Positions 1 through 14,239 of a stretch of DNA of 64,000 nucleotides are shown here, one piece after another. The notes beneath the pieces are model-generated. The model was not told where the DNA came from and did not search any database. It saw only the letters and a program-made list of their open reading frames with translations. The stretch is from the human T2T-CHM13v2.0 reference genome, Homo sapiens. Positions within the stretch are counted from its first letter, which is position 1; the number at the start of each line of letters is the position of its first letter. A program made the translations under genes and the position numbers. The stretch lies in assembly GCF_009914755.1 (NCBI RefSeq), contig NC_060926.1. One strand, given 5' to 3'.

Positions 1-989
1 CATAGAAATGAGGGCTTTGTGGTTATTGCATGGTGAAGACCAACAAAGGCCATTGCAACCAGTAATAATATGCACAATGATGAGCTCGTAGTTAAGAGCA
101 ATTTCTGTCTTAGTTTTACTGTCACTGAACTGGGCTGGAACCCTGGAGGGCAGGGTAGATGAATGATAATCAAAAACATGATTTCATATGTTAAGTTCTT
201 TGGAAGGCTCAATTTCGGAGATTTCTCCCACTTTCTATAAGAGCAGACATCAAAGAATCTGATTCTGGAATCTCGTTTTTTCTCTTACAGCTCTCTTTTT
301 TTCTACTCTAATCTCTTTTCCACTTCCAAGGACATACATTGATAAATATGGTCAACAGAATATTAAGGTGATGTCAATATTAGTGACTACCCTATAAGAG
401 GGAACAGAAACATTCGTGTTTGTAAGCTTTTAGTCCTCACTTAAGCTTCTTTCTTGAGTAATGTAATCGCTCCCCTTAATGTCTGGAGCAGACATTAGTA
501 AGAATAATAAATAGTATGTTTAGTCTCAAAGATGGTGAATACAGAAAGTGGTCAGAATGTGAACAACACTATTAAGTATTTAGCTAAAAATAAAACTATT
601 GAGTTTTGTAAATTCTTATCAAGTCTTCTCTAAGATTGAAGCTCCAGGTTTTAGTGAAAATCCTGTCCAGGAAATATTACATTATAATCCCTTTCTCTCT
701 GTTCCCATCTACCTTAGGCTCATAGTGACATGAAAGCAAATTTCCATCCTCTGGGAATATATAAACCCGGATTATTTCTTTTTATATAGATGCTCTATCC
801 CTTGCCTGTGTGCTATTTTCTTACTGAGTCACTACCTTGCACCATGTACACAACCCCCAGTGGTTTATGATAGGATGAACCTATTGAAGCAGCTAGCAGA
901 GAAAAGGTTATTTATGTGGGTAACTGTGTATGCTTGTTGGACATTCCCTGGGTCTCTCACACTGTTACCACAGCAGCATTATAAAAACA

Positions 990-1077
990 TCATCTATCTA
1001 TCTCTCTATCTATCAATTGATCTATCTGTCAATCTATCTATTGTCTATCTCCATAAACACACAAACATACTCACATT

Positions 1078-1108
<31 letters not shown>
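990..1108. repeat. (TATC)n-like low-complexity tract followed by (TG)n microsatellite
   Basis: Direct: tctatc repeats ~990-1050 and a TG run ~1078-1104; these explain the 860/930 ORFs. Confidence 0.85.
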
Positions 1109-1621
1109 ATACAGAAGAAATGATAAAAGTTATATATGTCTTATGTCCCAAACTTTAGAAAGGATATGTAACATGTTAGCAATCTTTGAACACACTTGCT
1201 GGAATATAGAGTAAAATACTTTGTTGCTGGTATATCAAACTGTAGTAGATAATCCTTCTGATTTCCAAACAGGGTATACAAATGCACCTTTCCACCAGCA
1301 ATGTATGAGGGTTTCTATTGTTCTACATGTCCACCAATACTTGGTATTGTAAAACTTTTTAATTTAAGCCTTTCTTCTACATGTGTAGTAGTATCACTCC
1401 ATAATTACGATCTGTGTTTGTGGGATTATATATGGATTATATATGCTTGTAGGGCATTTGACCATCCTCTGGGTTAAAATTTCTGTCAAATTCTGCCCAT
1501 TTTACTAATGCATTTTCTGATTTAGTTGAACAGATATGTATGAAAATATATATATAACATATGCGTGATATATATCAGCGTGTATCTGCCTATCATCCAT
1601 CCATCTATCTATCCATCAATC

Positions 1622-1974
1622 TGAATGTTTGTGCTCTGCCAAAATTCATATGTTGAAATCTTAATCTCAATATGTTGATCAAGATTGAGCCTTGGCAGGT
1701 AATTAGGCTGTTAGGGTAAAGCCCTCATGAATGGAATTAATGTCTTTATAAGAAGAAGTGAAGAGACCAGAGGGCTAGCTAGCTCTCTGCTCTTAGCCAC
1801 ATGAGGATGCAAGGAGAAGGTCCTCTACAAACCTGGAGTCGGGCTTCACTATACACCAGATTGGCTGGCACCTTGATCTTGAACTTCTCAGCTTCCAGAA
1901 TTGAAAAAGTTTCTGCTGTTTAACCCTGTCCATCCCCCAGTTTATGGTAGTCTGATATAGCAGCCTGAACTAAC
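1622..1974 (+). mobile_element. MaLR LTR (MLT1A/MST-like)
   Basis: aaaattcatatgttgaaatc...gccctcatgaatgg...ccttgatcttgaacttctcagcttccagaa...atagcagcctgaactaa matches the recalled MLT1A/MST layout. Confidence 0.7.
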
Positions 1975-2211
1975 ATCTGTATCTATATTTATACAATTAT
2001 AGATATAGATAGAACCAGTATTTTTTCGCATTTGTCTCTGTCTCTGGTTTACCTTTTTACTCACTTAAGTCTGTAAATGGAATCATTTTCTTAATTTGTT
2101 TTTCAGATTGTTTATTGTTATTGTAGAAATGCAACTTTTTTATTTTCTTTCCTGAAACTATATTTAATTTATTTATTAGTTCTAATATTTTTTGATAAGT
2201 TTTTTAAAAAA

Positions 2212-3257
2212 ATTTATTTTGTTTTAAGTTCCAGGATATATGTATGGATGTACAGGATGTGCAGGTTTGCTACATAGGTAAACGTGTGCCACGGTGGTTT
2301 GCTGCACCTATCAACCCATCACCTAGGTATTAAGCCTTATGTACATAAGCTATTTATCATGATGCTCTTCCCCTATCCCCCAGTGTGTGTTGTCCCTCCC
2401 TGTGTCCATGCATTCTCATTGTTTAGCTCCCACTTGTAAGTGAGGACATGAGATGTTTGGTTTTCTGTTCCTGTGTTAGTTTGCTGAAGACAATGGCTTC
2501 CAGCTCCATCCATTTCCATGCAAAGGACATGATCTCATTACTTTTTATGGCTGTATAATATTCCATCGTATATGTACCACGTTTTCTTTATCCAATCTAT
2601 CATTGATGGGCATTTGGGTGGATTCCATGTCTTTGCTATTATGAATAGTGCTGCAATGAATGTACATAAGCATGTATCTTTGTAATATGATGATTTACAT
2701 TCCTTTGGGTATATACCCAGTAATTGGATTGCTGGGCCAAATGGTATTTCTGGTTCTAGGTCTTTGAGGAATTGCCACACTGTCTTCCACAATGGTGGAA
2801 CTAATTTATATTCCAACAGTTTAAAAGTGTTTCTATTTCTCCACAGCGTCACCAGTGTCTGCTGTTTCTTGACTTTTTAATAATTGCCATTCTGACTATC
2901 ATGAGATGGTATCTCACTGGGGTTTTGATTTGCATTTATCTAATGATCAGTGATGTTGGGCTTTTCTTCATATATTTTTTGGCCACATATATTTTGAGAA
3001 GTGTCTGTTCCTGTCATTTGTCCACTTTTAATGGAGTTGTTTGTTTTTTTCTTGTAAATTTGTTTAAATTCCTGGTAGATTCTGGATATTAGACCTTTGT
3101 CAGATGGATAGAGTGCAAACATTTTCTCCCATTCTGTAGTTGTCTGTTCAGTCTGATGATAGTTTCTTTTGCTGTACAGAAGCTCTTTAGTTTAATTAAG
3201 TCACATTTGTCAATTTTTGCTTTTGTTTCAATTGCTTTCGATGTTTTTGTCATGAAA
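2212..3257 (-). mobile_element. L1PA/PB 3' end (ORF2 C-terminus + 3'UTR)
   Basis: ORFs 2538-2852 and 2940-3122 give L1 ORF2 motifs ([33 protein letters not shown]); T-rich tail at the left. Confidence 0.9.
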
Positions 3258-6200
3258 TATTTTTATCTGGGTATGCTGAAGAATAGTTTTCCTAAAAGTT
3301 ATATATTAATAAACAAAGAGTTAGTGAGAGCACTAGAATCAGAGAATATATGTAAGAGTTTGTTCAAAGCAGGGTCTTAAATTTTAGTCTCATTGCAAAT
3401 TTGGATTCTATTCCTCTTGAATGGACTACTGAAGAGATATAAAGACCATGAGGAAGCACGAAAATATCTGCTTTGCTGCCTCAAGGATGTTTAATTGCCC
3501 CATTGATTCTCTTGGGAAAGAATTCTCCCATTGTTGCTCACTGATTCTCAAAGATTAGAAGTAAAAATAACTTAGGGGATTTGTGACTAAAGTTCCCATG
3601 CCTAGAGATACTGACCTCCTACGTGGTGTTGAGTTTACCTTAATTCTTGAAGGATGCTTAACTTTGAAGGGAACTCTAGCTATATGGCTACTTTTTCTTA
3701 TCATTTTAAGGAAATTTTATGGTCTCTGCTTTTCCTGATTTATGTTTAGAGGTTAGCTATTAATCTTATTCTTGTTTCTTCAAAATGAGAGAATTTTTTC
3801 TGATTAAGATTTTTTTGTTTGATCAGTAGATAGTAAAGTGTGACATTATTTATACAACGTAACACTACACAACAAAAAAGATTAATAAATTGCAACAACT
3901 TGAATTTTTACAGTAAAATTAAAATGACACATATCTATTACCTAAAACACATCTGAGAAGCTAATTTATAGAAATAGAAGTATGCATGTGTAAAGATATA
4001 GGTAAAATTGTATTAACAAATCCATTGATTATATTAGCAAAACCTGAACATAATTTAATTGCCCTTCAGTAGAAATGTTTGAATAAAGTATAGGTTTTCT
4101 ACACAATCCAAAATGTGATGATAAAGAATAGGTTATATTTTTCATCTCTTGATCTGGAGATAATCTCTTTAGAAATGTTAAACATAAATTCCCAAAAATG
4201 TTAATTTATGAGCCAATATTTGAAAACATAGAAGCAGAATTATGAAAAGTAGTAATTTGTCTTTTCTATCTTTACAAATATGGAATCATTTTACATCTTG
4301 TGGGGTTACAATGAAGAAAAAAAGCAGTTATGACAATGGGAAAAATGTATGCGTAACATACAGCAATGTTCACAGAGATGAATGAAGTTATAGTGACAAA
4401 TGAAAAATGTAAAAGGCAATTTGATTTATATTGAATATATATATGTCAGGAATATGGAATGAGAGGAGACAGGTAAACACAATAAAAACTCTGACCAATG
4501 CCTGAAATAAGGATATTACAGAAATAAAACAATGCTATTTAAACATCTAAAAACAGCATAATAATCACCAGAATTAAAAAAGATCCTGTAGATGTGTGTT
4601 CATTCATAGAAAGATGGAAGTCCCTACATTATTATTAATATTTTCACCATCAGAGAAATAGGGTGCTACTCAGAAAAATATTTTTTAAACAATTGACCTA
4701 AATCATATCAAGTAATGAGATATTTCTTGAGTCCAGGCATGATCATGTAAATGCATGTTGGTTAAATCCTTGGACTTGTAATGCACATTACAACTTTCAG
4801 AACTCCTCTCTGTTTAGCATTTATAGGAGACCTTCTGACTACATCAAACTTCATCTAATCACATTTTACCTGCACTGAGAACTTTTGGTGGGAAGTGAGA
4901 TGGAACGCCATAGTGTCATTGCATATTCAGACCCCAAGAGGGAGCTGAGAGATCATGCCTTGAGGAAGTGATTCTGAAAGAGTCCCCACAGTGGAGGATT
5001 CCAGAGCTCTGTGTGATAACATTGCCTATCCACTGACCCACGCCCTCCCCAAATGTGCAAAGAAAGTCCAGCTGCCAGAAGCCCTTATCAGTGTGCAGAT
5101 TCCCCATAATCAACACTCCTTTGCATCCACCATATCTGTAGGGGAAGTGCAGTTCCAGGCTCAGCTCCTCAGGTGTCTTCTACCCAGGTGAAAGTCCAAG
5201 GTAGATCAGTCACAAAATCAGTGCAATTTTAAAATTGCTTTATTAAAGTACAGTGTCAAACCATGAAAAGCACCTATTTTAAGTGTGCAAATCACTGACT
5301 TATGGTAAATTTGCAAAGTTGCAGATAACCACAGTTTAATCTTACAACATTTTAATCATCCCCTGAAGGATCCCTTATGCAGACCGGCAGCTATTTTTAT
5401 TTCCACTCCCAGTCTCAGGCATGTATTAATCGACTTTCCCTCTATTGATTGCTTGATATGAACATTCTATATAAATGGAATAATGCATGCATGGTCGTTT
5501 CTATCTGGTTTCTTTCCATTAAACGAAGTTTAGGTTCATCCCTGTTTTAGCATGTATCAGTAGGCCATTCCTTTTTATTTTTGGATAGTATTCCGCTGTA
5601 CGGATATATCACATTTTATTTATCTATTCACAGGTTGAGGAACATTGAGGTCCTTTGCACTTTTTGGTTATATGATGATCAACAATGCTGCTATGAATAT
5701 TTGCCTGTAAGTCTTTGTGTGGACACCGGTTTTGATTTTTCTCAGACAGACCTCTACAAGTGGAAATGCTGAGCCATATGATAAATTTCTGTTTATTTTT
5801 TAAAAACTGCCAAACTGTTTTCAAGAGTGTGCAGCATTTAACACTTGCACCAACAGTGTATGAAGCCTTCTTTTCTGTCACATTCTCACCAACTTTTGTT
5901 ATTGTCTGTTTTTTAAATTATTAAAATCATTATAGTGTATATGGAATGGTGCCTATTGTGAATTTAATTTGATTTTTGTTAATGACTAATAATGTTGAGC
6001 ACCTTTTCATGTGATTACTGTCTGTTCATATATCTTCTTCCATAACATCTATACTAAAATATTTTGTTCATTTTTAAATTGGGTTGTCTTATGACTTATA
6101 TATTCTGGAAATATGGCGTGTATCAGATAAATGGTTTATAAATAATTTCTCTGGTCTGTGGTTTGTCTTTTCATTTTCTTAATGGTATCCTTTGAAATGC

Positions 6201-6343
6201 AAATGTTTTGAACATTAATGAAACCTAATATATTAGCATTTTCTTTCATAAGTTGAGCTTTTGATGTTGTAACTAAGAAATATTTGGTGAACCCAGAAAT
6301 GGAAAAGTTTTAACCTAAAGTTTTTATAATTTCAGATTTTAGG

Positions 6344-8530
6344 AATGGGCAGAAGCTGGAAACATTCCCCTTAAAAACTGACACAAGACAAGGATGTCAT
6401 CTCTCACCACTCCTTTTCAACTGAGTATTGGAAGTTCTGGCCAGGGCAATCAGGCAAGAAAAAGAAATAAAGTGCATTCAAATAGGAAGAAAGGAAGTCA
6501 AACTATCCCTGTTTGCAGATGACATGATCCTATATCTTGAAAACCCCATCATTTCAGCCCCAAAGCTTTTTAAGCTGGATAAGCAACTACGGCAAAGTCT
6601 CAGGATACAAAATTAATGTGCAAAAATCACTAGCATTCCTATACACCATTCATACATTCCTATACACCATTCATACATTCATACAGCATTCCTATACACC
6701 AACAACAGTTATTCCGAGAGCCAAATCACGAACTCCCATTCACAATTGGCACAGAAAGAATAAAATACCTAGAAATACAGCTGACAAGGGAAGTGAAAGA
6801 TCTCTACAAGGAGAACTACAAACCACTACTCAAAGAAATCAGAAACAACACAGACAAATGGAAAAACATTCCATATTCACTGATAGGAGTAATCAGTAAC
6901 ATTAAATGGTGGCTATACTGTCCAAAGCAATTTATAGATTCAATGCTATTCCCATTAAAGTACCACTGACATTCTTCATAAAACTAGAAAAAAACAATTT
7001 TAAAGTTCATACGGAACAACAACAACAAAAAAGTCCTGAATAACCAAGGCAATCGTAAGCAAAAAGAACAAAGCTGGAGGCATCACACTACCCAATTTCA
7101 AATTATGCTACAGGGCTACAGTTATCAAAACCACATGGTACTGGTACAAGAACAGACACATAGACCAATGGAATAGAATAGAGAGCCCAGAAATATGTCC
7201 TCACACCTATAACCATCTGATCTGTAATAAAGTTAACAAAAACAAAAAATGGGGAAAGGACTTCCTATTCAATAAATGGTGCTGGGATAACTGGCTAGCC
7301 ATGTGCAGAAGATTGAAACTGGACGCCTTTCCTTAAGCCAGATACAAAAATCAACTCAAGATGGATAAAGTATTTAAATTTAAAACCCAAAACTATAAAA
7401 ACCCTGAAAGACAACCTAGGCAATACCATTCAGGACACAGGCACAGGCAAAGATTTCATGACGAAGATGCCAAAAGCAATTGCAACCAAAGCAAAAATTG
7501 ACAAATGGGATCTAATTAAACTAAAGAGCTTCTGCACACCAAAAGAACCTATCAACAGAATGAATAGATCCCTACAGAATGAGAGAAAAATTTTTCAAGC
7601 TATGCATCTGACAAAGGTCTAATATGCAGCATCTATAAGGAACTTAAACAAATTTACAAGAAAACAATCAACCCCATTAAAAAGTGGGCAAAGGATGTGA
7701 ACAGACACTTCTCAAAAGAAGACATACAAGCAGTCAATAGTCATATGAAAAAAAGCTCAACATCACTGATCATTAGAGAAATGCAAATGAAAACCACAAT
7801 GAGATACCATCGCACACTAGTCAGAATGGCTGTTATCAAAAAGACAAAAAATAACAGATGCTGATGAGGTTGTGGAGAAAAAGGAATGCTTATACACCAT
7901 TGATGGGAGTGTGAATTAGTTCAACCATTGTAGAAGAGAGTGTGGTGGTTCCTCAAAGACTTAAAGTCAGAAATACAATTTGACCCAGCAATCCCATTAC
8001 TGGGTATATACTCAAAGGAATGTAAATCATTCTATTCTAAAGGCTCATGTATGAGTACTTTCATTGCAGCACCATTCGCAATAGCAAAGACATTGAATCA
8101 ACCCAAATGCCCATCAATGATAGACTGGATAAAGAAAATGTGGTACATACACACCATAGGATACTATGCAAGCATAAAAATGGACGAGATCATGTCCTTT
8201 GCAGGGACATGGATGGAGCTGGAGGCCATTATCTTCTGCAAACTAACACAGGAACAGAAAAACAAACACTGCATGTTCTCACTTATAAATGAGAGTTAAT
8301 GATGAGAACACATGGACACACAAGGGGGAAAAACACACACTTGGGCCTATAGGAGGGTGGAGGGTGGGAGAAGGGAGAGAATCAGGAAAGATAACTAATG
8401 GATACTAGGCTTAATACCTGGGTGATGAAATAATCTGTACATCAAACCCCCATGACACATGTATACCTATGTAACAAACCTGAACATCCTGCATATGCAC
8501 CCTTGAACTTAAAAGTTAAAAAATAAAATA
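6344..8530 (+). mobile_element. 5'-truncated L1PA/PB (ORF2 RT/C-terminal half, 3'UTR, A-tail)
   Basis: [14 protein letters not shown]...[17 protein letters not shown] motif (6428-6616); WIKKMWYIHT...MELEAII; A-rich tail ~8510-8530. Confidence 0.92.
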
Positions 8531-8792
8531 AGATCTCTGATCTATTTTGATCTAGTGTGCATGGCAAGAGATCAGGGCCTAAATTCGTCTTTTCACCTAT
8601 AGATACCAATTGAAAATCTATCCTTCCTCCCATTTAATTTCCTAGGCATTATTTTAAAAAATAACTTACCAAAAATGTAAAGGTTTATTTCTAGATTCTC
8701 AATTCCGTCCTACTGATCTATAAGTTCATTTTTGTGCCAGCACCATCTTGTCCTGGAAACTGTAGTTTATAGTTGTTCTCTGCTTTATAGTA

Positions 8793-9224
8793 TAGGCGAT
8801 CCTTGGACAACACTGATATAAGCTGTGCAGGTTCACTCATACATGGATTTTCTGCCACATCTGAAATAACAAGACCAATCTCTCCTCTCCCTCCTCCTCA
8901 GCCTACTCAATGTGAATACGATAAGGATGAAGACATTTATAATGATCCATTTTCACTTAATGACTAGTAAACATATGTTCTCTTCTTTATAATTTTCTTA
9001 AAAACATTTTCTTTTCTCTACATTACTTGATTGTAAAATACAGTATATAATACATATAACAGTCAAAATATGAGCTAATCAGCTGTTTATACAATTGGTA
9101 AGGCCTCCAGTCTACAACAGGCTATCAGTAGTTAGATTTTTGGGGATTCAAACATTATACATACATTTTCTATTGTGCACGGCGTCTGTGCCCTTAACTC
9201 CCACATTGTTAGAGGGTCAACTGT
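8793..9224. mobile_element. Tigger2a/MER28-like non-autonomous DNA transposon
   Basis: cctcctcctcagcctactcaatgtgaa internal motif and gggtcaactgta terminus. Confidence 0.7.
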
Positions 9225-10057
9225 ACATTTTGAAACTGGAAATTTTATGCCCTCCAACTTCAATTTTCTTGAAAAATTGTTTTGGTTATTTGAAGTCTTC
9301 TGAATTTTCATATAAATTTTAGAATCAGTTCACCAAATTCTATAGCCTACTGGGATTTTGACTCAAATTGTGTTGAATCTGTAGATCACACTGGAGAGAA
9401 TTATCATCTTAATAATACTGAATCTTCCAGTCCATGAACATGAAATGTCTCTTCACTTATTTGGATCTTCTTTAATGTCTCTCAGTAATGTTTTATAGTT
9501 TTCAGCATATCTCTTACTTTTTTGTTAAATATATTCAGAAGTATTTTCTTCTTATCAATCTTTGTTCATTGTCTTTATGCTTTATTTTCAAGTTAGTGAT
9601 CCACAGTAGTCAATCTTATTTGTGTATTCTGTATTTGTGAATTTGCCTGCCTGATAAAATTTAATACAATCCCAAAGTCAATACATAGAGTGCTTTTATT
9701 CTCATTTGTGGACATGCACAGAGTGGCAAAAAAATTGAGCCACTGAACACTCATGTTCCCAACTGAGGTTTAACAAAGCCACACTCTTCCATCTTGTTTC
9801 ACTTCTCATACTGTAAACAAGTGTCCTTTTGCTCAATTTTGCTCTTTATGTTGGTAATTTTGTGGTTATAAATGTTCCCCAAATATAATAATGCTGAATT
9901 GCTGTTTAATGTTCCTAAGCACAAGTCTGCCATGTGTCTTACGAAGAAAATATGTGTGTTAGATAAGCTTTGTTCAGGCACAAGTCATAGTGCTTTTGGC
10001 CATGAGTTCAATGTTAATAAATCGTGTGTGTATGTGTGTGTGTGTATGTGTGTGTGT

Positions 10058-12492
10058 ATAGGAAAATGCCTTGTTTTATTGCACTTCACTTTGTTGCTCT
10101 TTGAAGATACTGTTTTTTACAAATTGAAGGTTTGTAACAGCCTTGGGTTAAGCAGGTCTATCATCACCATTTTCCCAAAAGAATATGTTCACTTTGTGTC
10201 TCTGTATCACGTTTTGCTAATTTTCACAATATTTTAAATTTTTCATTATTATATCTGTTAGGGTGATCTGTATTTAGTGATCTTTGATGTTACTATTATA
10301 ATTGCTTTGGGGAACCACAAAACACACAAACCACACTTACTCGATAAATGTATGTGTGGTGACTGCTCCAGTAACTGGCCGTTCCTTGTTTTCCTCTTGT
10401 CGGGCCTCCCTATTTCCTGAGACACGATAATATGAAGATTAGGCTAATTAAGAACTTTATAATGATCTGTAAGTGTTAAAGTGAAAGAAAGTCACATGTC
10501 TCTCACTATCAATCAAAAGCTAGGAATGATTAGGCTTAGTGAGCAAAGCATGTCAAAAGCTTAGATAGACCAAAAGCTAGACCTCTCGCCCCAGTTAGCC
10601 AAGTTGTGAATGCGAAGAAAAAGTTCTTGAAGAAAGTTAACAGTGCTACTCCAGTGAACACATCACAAATGTCTAAAAAGCAACATAGCCTTATTGCTGA
10701 TATGGAGACAGTTTTAGTGATCTGGATAGAAGCTCAAACCAGCCACAACATTCCCTTAATCCAAAGCCTAATCCAGAGGAAGGCCCAAACTCATAGAATT
10801 TATGAAGGCTGAAAGAGATGAGGAAGCTGCGGAAGAAAACTTTGAAGCAGCAGAAGTTGGTTCATGATGTTTAAAGAAAAAAAGCCATCTCCATGACATA
10901 CAAGTGGAAGGTGAAGCAGCAAAGTGCTGATGGAGAACCTGCAGCAAGTTATCTAGAAGATCTAGCTAGAAGTATTAATGAAAGTGGCTACACTTAACAA
11001 CAGATTTTCAATGTAGATGAAACAGTCTTATGTTGGAAGATGATGCCATCTAAGACTTTCATAGCTAGAGAGGTTCCTGGCTTAAAAGTTTCCAAGGACA
11101 GGCAGACTCTGTTATTAAGATAATGCAGCTGATGACCTATGTTAAGTCGAAGCCAATGCTCATTTACCATTCTGAAAATCCTAGGGCCCTTAAGAATTAT
11201 ACTAAGTCTATTTTTCCTGTGCTGTATACATGGAACCACAAAACCTAGATGACAGCACATCCGTTTAGAGCATGGTTTACCAAATATTTGTTGAGACCTA
11301 CTGCTCAGTAAAAAAAGATTTCTTTCAAATATTACTGCTCATTGATTTACAATGCACCTAGTCACTGAAGGGCTCTGAAGGAGATACACAAGGAGATGAA
11401 TGTTGTTTTCATGCCTGCTAACACAACATTAATTCTTCAGCTCATGCATCAAAGAGTAATTTTGACTTCCAAGCTTTATTGCTTAAAAAATACATTTCAT
11501 AAGGCTAGAACTGCTGTAGATAGTGATTCCTCTGATAGATCTGGGCGAAGTAAATTAAAAACCTTCTGGAAAGGAGTCACTATTTTAGATGCCCTTAAGA
11601 AAATTTGTGATTCATGGGAGCTGGCCAAAAGATCAGTATTAACAGAAGTTTGAAAAAAGTTGATTCCAACCCTCATGGATGATTTCGAGGGGTTCAAGAC
11701 TTCAGTGGAGTAAGTAAATGAAGATGTGTAAAATTAAAAGAGAACTAGAATTAGAAGTATAACTATGTAACAAACCTGCATGTTCTGCACATGTGTCCCA
11801 TTTTTAAGAAGAAATAAAGAAAAAGAAAAGAAGCGGAGCTTGAAGATGTAACTGAATTGCTGCAATATGACAGTAAAACATTAATGGATGAGGAGTTACT
11901 TCATACGGATGAGCAAATAAAATAGTTTCTTGAGATGGAATCTACTGCTGTGAAGATGCTGTGAGCAAGGTTACAATGACAACAAAGGATTTATAATAGT
12001 ATAAAAAAATTTAGTTGATAAAGCAGCAGTAGGGCTCGAGGATTGACTCCAATTTTGAAGGAAGTACTACTATGGGTAAAGTGCTATCAAAAAGTATGTC
12101 ATGCTACAGAGAAACCTTTAATTAAAGGAAGATTCAATCAATGCGGAAAACTTTATTGCTGTCTTATTTTAAGAAATTGCCACAATCTCCCCAACTATCA
12201 ACAACCACCACCCTAATCAGCCAGTAGCCAACAGCATTGAGATAAAATTCTCAACCAGCAAAAAGATTACTCACTGAAGGCTCAGATGATTATTACCATT
12301 TTTTAGTAATGAAGTATTTTAAATGATGTACATTGTTTTTAAAACGTAATGCTATTGCACACTTAATAGACTACAGTATAGTATAAACATAACTTTTATA
12401 TATATGCAGAAACCCAAAAGTTTGTGTGATTCACTTTATTGTGATATTTGCTTTATTGCAGTGGTCTGGAACCAAATCTACAGGTATGCCTA
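10058..12492 (+). mobile_element. Near full-length Tigger1 with decayed transposase
   Basis: Start ...ccttgttttattgcacttcacttt; end ggtctggaacc...aggtatgcc; ORFs 10606-10812 ([26 protein letters not shown]) and 11396-11653 ([19 protein letters not shown]) are Tigger1 transposase pieces. Confidence 0.9.
11760..11828 (+). mobile_element. ~70-bp L1PA 3'-terminal stub inserted in Tigger1
   Basis: ctatgtaacaaacctgcatgttctgcacatgtgtccc plus A-rich tail, flanked by agaagt/agaagc; Tigger1 reads through on both sides. Confidence 0.7.
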
Positions 12493-14239
12493 TATGTATA
12501 TGCCTATATTTAAGACTTTATGAGATATATATAATCTGTTTAAGATACTCATACAAAAAGTTACCTATTGATCAGTTAATGAAAATGTGACCATAGGCTC
12601 ATAGGAACATAAACCAGTACTACCACTAGGACCAATGGTTCAATATTTGTTAATTCAGCGTTTGTGACTTTACAGATATCTGTTGAAACATAACAAAATG
12701 TAACTGTACATGGAGATAAAATTTATTTCTGCATATTGCATATCTTATTGTGTGACTTTGCCAAAGTTGTTTATTACTAGTAGATTGCATGTGTAGTGGT
12801 GGGGGACATGTATTCCTTATCATTTAATATACATACAGGATTATATTTTCTGTAATTAAAATACTTTTACTCTTCTTTTAAATATTGATATACTTTATTT
12901 TTCATTTTTTTCTTGCTTGATTGCTTGACAAGAACATCCAGTGCAGTGTTGAATTGAGTAGCAAGAGTGAATATCCTTGTCTTGTTTATGACATTAGAAA
13001 GAAGGCATTCTGTCAACTTTAAGTAGATGTTAACTGTAAGTTTTTCATATATATCCTTTATAAGGTAAAGGAAGTTTCCTTCTATTACAAGTTTGTTGAG
13101 AGCTTTTGTCATAAAAGAGTTTTGAATTTTATCAAATATCTTTCTCCGTTTATTGAGATGATTACATTTTTTATATTTACTCTATGTGGCATATTACTTT
13201 ATTGATTTTCAGATGTTAATCTATCTTGCATTGTTTAATAAATCCCATTTGTATTATGGTGCATAATCATTTCTATATGCTACTGGATTCTATTTAGTTA
13301 TATCTTTTGATAATTTTTTCACATGCATTAGTAGGGGATATTGGTCTATGGTTTTCTTTCCTTGGAATGTCTTTGCTTGGCTTTGGTATTGGGGTAACAC
13401 TGGCTTCATAGAATGAGTTGGGAAGTATTCTTTTCTCCTATGTATACTGAAAGAATTTAATGAAGATTGGTAATATTTATTCTTTAAATTCTTGATAGAA
13501 CTCACCAGTGACGCCATGTAGTCTCAGTTTTTCTTTATTGGAAACTTTTTAATTTCTTCACTTGTTATGGTTCTATTCATATTTTCTATTTGTTTTTGAA
13601 TTAGTTTTGGGTTATCTCATCTAAATTGCCTAATTTAATGACTTATTATTGTTCATCATATTCTCTTACAGTATTTTTAAAGTTTCTGTAGGATAGGCAG
13701 TTGTACCCCTTATTTCAATCCTGATTTTAATAATCTTGGCCTTCTCTTTTTTTCTTCAAGAGTCATAAAGATTTTTAATTTTGCCAATCTTTCCAGAAAC
13801 ACAACTTTTGCTTTCAATGATTTTCGTCTTTTACTTCATTGATTTATACTCTATTTTTAAAATTATTTTCTTCCTTCTGCTTGCTGTGAATCTCGCTGGT
13901 TCTTCTTTTTCTAGTCTCTTAAAATAGAAACTACCCCATTGGTTTTTAGATATTCTTTCTTTCTTTACTATACAGGTAATTACAGGCCAATATTTATAAA
14001 ATTATTTATTTATTTCAAATCTTCCACTCTATAGATGAAACCTTCACCACTTCGTCACTCAGGAAGCAACAGGAGAAACATGAGAAGCTGGGATGAAAAC
14101 ACCATTTTGAGGAATCTGTTTGTCTGATGCTGGTCAGAACCTATTACCAGAGGAAGCTTCCTTATTTAATCCCCTTAGGACAGGGGCCATTTGAGAGAAA
14201 GAGAATAAAAACAAACAAAACACTTAGGCAATATGACAG

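Larger units (their letters stand above)
9604..12708. mobile_element. MER82/MER44-like Tigger-family element split by Tigger1
   Basis: Left part 9604-10022 ends ...tgagttcaatgttaataaatc; right part ~12530-12708 resumes ...ttacctattgatcagttaatgaaaatgtgacc...aactgta. Confidence 0.65.
5230..13970 (-). mobile_element. Old L1M element, fragmented by nested insertions
   Basis: Antisense L1 3'UTR/ORF2 text at 5230-6340, 8530-8790, 9226-9600 and 12710-13970 reads collinearly across the inserts; ORFs 5624-5881 and 12867-13112 are L1-like. Confidence 0.7.

Noticed and set aside
4987-4993. CACAGTG heptamer on + strand
   Set aside because: No nonamer at 12 or 23 nt and no V-like sequence upstream.
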